This document shows positions 61,502 through 64,000 of a stretch of DNA of 64,000 nucleotides, one piece after another. Every line of letters starts with the position of its first letter. Position 1 is the first letter of the stretch. A program made the position numbers and the translations under genes. Under the pieces are notes generated by a model that did no database searches, was not told the origin of the DNA, and saw only the letters and a program-made list of their open reading frames with translations. Source of the stretch: a virus; IMG/VR virus record IMGVR_UViG_3300032285_002884; one strand, given 5' to 3'.

Positions 61502-64000
61502 ATGGCTGCTCCCAACAGCTACCCTCTGATCTCGACCCTCATCCCTTCTCAGTTCCCAGCTGTCTATAGGGAAGACGGACCGCTCTTTGTTGAGTTCGTC
61601 AAGCAGTACTATGAGTGGATGGAGTCTCAGGGGCCAGTCTACTATTCTAGAAAACTTCAGAACTTTCAAGACATCGACACGACCGAAGAATCGTTCTTAG
61701 TTCACTTCAAAGAGAAGTACCTCAAGAACATCCAGTTCCAGACCGCTACCAACACGCGACTCCTCGTCAAGCACAGTCTAGACCTGTATAGATCAAAGGG
61801 TACCGAGAGGGCCATCAACTTATTCTTCAGACTCGTGTTCGGTGAAGACGCTCAGGTCTACTATCCTGGACTCGACGTCATGAGGTCTTCTGATGCCAAG
61901 TGGTACAGCCCGACTTATCTCGAGGTAACGCAGAACGATGGTAACAGGTTCTTTGTAAACAAAGAGATCATCGGACTAAACTCAGGAGCTACCGCGTTCG
62001 TCGACGGCGTGGTTACCAGAAGGTTTCAGGGAAAGTACATCGACGTATTCTACATCTCGGGAATAACCAAGGACTTCATCACCGGTGAGACGATTACCCT
62101 TGCAACTGCAGACTCTACAGTCAGCTACGTTAACCCGATCGTTGTCGGCTCGCTTACTTCGGCTATCATATCCGATGGCGGCGCTGGATTTAGTATAGGT
62201 GAGATTGTAAACATCTATAGCAGCAGCGGAAGAGGAAAGCAGGGACTTGGACGAGTATCTTCTCTAGCCTCGATCTCAGGCGCAGCGCAGATCACACTGC
62301 TGGACGGCGGATGGGGATACAGCACCAACTCATCGTATAACCTAGTCTCCTCTAACGTGCTGAGACTTGGTAACGTCAACATCGTTCCAATCGATCTCAA
62401 TACTTTTACTTTTACCGTCGGCAAAGTAATTCAGCCACTAGCTAATATCCAGATGAGCTATGGCAAGTACGTATCAAACTCAGCTTCTGCTATGTTTGCC
62501 GTAGGCGACATAATCAGCACTTATTCAGGCGGAGTCGTCAACTCGACCGGTCGCGTCATCTCGATCTCGCTTTCTGGTACGCCAAACTCAGCCTACATCC
62601 TAGCTTCTATACTTACAGGTAACCTTCAATCTAACAGCGTATACTATAATCAGAGTAACTCGATAACCGCTAACTCTGCGTCATACGTCGACGTCTCTGC
62701 TACGGGTACTGGCGTCGGCTTATCTTCCAACGGTTACGTTAACTACAGCGGGATTGGTGGGTCTTTCTCGATTGCCGACCAGATATATCAGGTCAACCCA
62801 CTTGGCGTAGAGACAGCCAACGCTATAGTAAAGTCGGTAGTCGCTAACGGTCTAATTGGAAACCTATACGTCACCAACAGCATCGGACTCTTTATCAGCG
62901 GATACTCTATCTATAATAGATCAAACACAGCTATCGCTACAGTAAACTCAATAGCCATCGACGTCGGCATAATCCAGACCAGTAACAGCGGATTTGTAAG
63001 CTTTCCTGGCAACTTCGTCTATGAACCGAAGTACGGATCAAACGGTCAGGTATATAGCGTGTCTTCGGGTTCAGGAGCTAACTTCAACGTCGCTACTATC
63101 TCGTATACCGACGACGTCTATCTAGCTGACTTGATACTTCCGTTCAAGTCAGTAAGTCTCAACTCAGCGACTTACGTTGGTACCGGCGGAGTAACTTTCA
63201 AGCTAGCTTCTGCTAATCATGCCACAAAGCTGAGCGACGCTCTAAACAATACTGCAATTACAGTCGGTACTATCTCGACTATAACGGCAGTGAATCCAGG
63301 AATAAACTACACGTATGCTCCGTTCATCACAACGATCGAGCCGAGAATCTATAACTTCAGAAAGAGAGACTTCATCTTTACTCTCTCGAATACTAACGGA
63401 AGCTTTATTCCAGGCGAGATAGTGACGCAGGATACGACGAACGGCAGAGGTATCGTCCAGACCTCGAACAGCACCACGCTGTATGTAAGAAGGACTACCT
63501 TCTATGATAAGTTCGTGCAGGCAAACAGCACGGTAGACTATAAGATCAGAGGGACGACCTCACTCGCAAACTCAAGTCTCTTTACACTGCAGCCTCAGGC
63601 AAGTGCTTTTGCTGGATTCAACGACGTCGTTCAGACCAAGGCTGTCAGCGCTACCGGCTCAGTAGCTTCCATGGACATCGTCGACTCAGGATTTGGATAC
63701 ATCGATGGCGATACAGTCAACTTCTCTTCACTCGACGGCACGAGAACTGGAACGATCAAAGTAAGCCTTGGAAAGCAAGGCAGAGGCTCAGGTAAGTACT
63801 TGACTCAGAGTGGCTTCTTGAGCGCTGATAAATACTTATTCGATGGCGACTACTATCAAGACTTCTCGTACGTGATCAACACCGCGGTCTCTTCAGAGAA
63901 GTATTCTGACATGATAGACAAGGTCCTTCACTTGTCCGGTACTAAGCACTTCTATGGTATCTCAAAGAAGGCTTTCTCAAATACTCAGATGGTAGTGGCA
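61502..64000 (+). CDS. gp7: baseplate wedge initiator (partial, runs off the window)
   Basis: IPSQFP..YREDGP.FV.F...YYEW, LYRSKGT and DYYQDFSYVI...LH..G motifs; follows gp6. Confidence 0.85.
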   Translation, partial: MAAPNSYPLISTLIPSQFPAVYREDGPLFVEFVKQYYEWMESQGPVYYSRKLQNFQDIDTTEESFLVHFKEKYLKNIQFQTATNTRLLVKHSLDLYRSKGTERAINLFFRLVFGEDAQVYYPGLDVMRSSDAKWYSPTYLEVTQNDGNRFFVNKEIIGLNSGATAFVDGVVTRRFQGKYIDVFYISGITKDFITGETITLATADSTVSYVNPIVVGSLTSAIISDGGAGFSIGEIVNIYSSSGRGKQGLGRVSSLASISGAAQITLLDGGWGYSTNSSYNLVSSNVLRLGNVNIVPIDLNTFTFTVGKVIQPLANIQMSYGKYVSNSASAMFAVGDIISTYSGGVVNSTGRVISISLSGTPNSAYILASILTGNLQSNSVYYNQSNSITANSASYVDVSATGTGVGLSSNGYVNYSGIGGSFSIADQIYQVNPLGVETANAIVKSVVANGLIGNLYVTNSIGLFISGYSIYNRSNTAIATVNSIAIDVGIIQTSNSGFVSFPGNFVYEPKYGSNGQVYSVSSGSGANFNVATISYTDDVYLADLILPFKSVSLNSATYVGTGGVTFKLASANHATKLSDALNNTAITVGTISTITAVNPGINYTYAPFITTIEPRIYNFRKRDFIFTLSNTNGSFIPGEIVTQDTTNGRGIVQTSNSTTLYVRRTTFYDKFVQANSTVDYKIRGTTSLANSSLFTLQPQASAFAGFNDVVQTKAVSATGSVASMDIVDSGFGYIDGDTVNFSSLDGTRTGTIKVSLGKQGRGSGKYLTQSGFLSADKYLFDGDYYQDFSYVINTAVSSEKYSDMIDKVLHLSGTKHFYGISKKAFSNTQMVVA

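Noticed and set aside
1-64000. CRISPR array, reverse transcriptase/DGR, integrase or transposase
   Set aside because: None seen; the only tandem repeats are in-frame coding repeats, and the TnsA-like motif at 52641 is gp4
1-64000. Stop-codon reassignment
   Set aside because: TAA, TGA and TAG all end conserved genes at expected lengths; no suppressor tRNA in the window
1-64000. Apparent abundance of TCGA/CTAG-containing palindromes as evidence of modified DNA
   Set aside because: Impression only; the TCGA part is explainable by NTC-GAN codon pairs, and a codon-controlled k-mer test that I cannot run is needed

Overview
This 64 kb window comes from a T4-like (Tevenvirinae-supergroup) myovirus genome. 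The host is very probably an alphaproteobacterium, based on an alpha-type two-piece tmRNA, a DUF1127 gene and an IbpA-type sHSP with a ROSE-like leader. Gene order: small early ORFs; a minus-strand spanin pair; an hsp20-DUF1127-micropeptide operon; gp43, uvsX and gp41; a late island at about 14.1-26.3 kb; primase, thyX, nrdA/B, tRNAs, speD-like, glycosyltransferase, rnh, phoH, tmRNA, gp33/59/32; and a baseplate/tail module (gp7 truncated by the window edge). The late island holds a pseudoknotted ncRNA candidate, three enzymes with T4 capsid-targeting N-termini (RNA-ligase-like, pol-beta+HIGH double nucleotidyltransferase, HAD phosphatase), internal-head polyproteins and Dps. The best novelty candidates are: (1) the capsid-targeted nucleotidyl-transfer/RNA-repair cassette with its adjacent structured RNA; (2) a -1 frameshift fusing gp26 to a start-less gp51-like ORF upstream of the tape-measure-like gene, similar to lambda G/GT; (3) a phage-borne permuted tmRNA; (4) a thermometer-controlled heat-shock operon; (5) a three-way split gp5. 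All assignments come from manual motif recognition and synteny; no searches were run.
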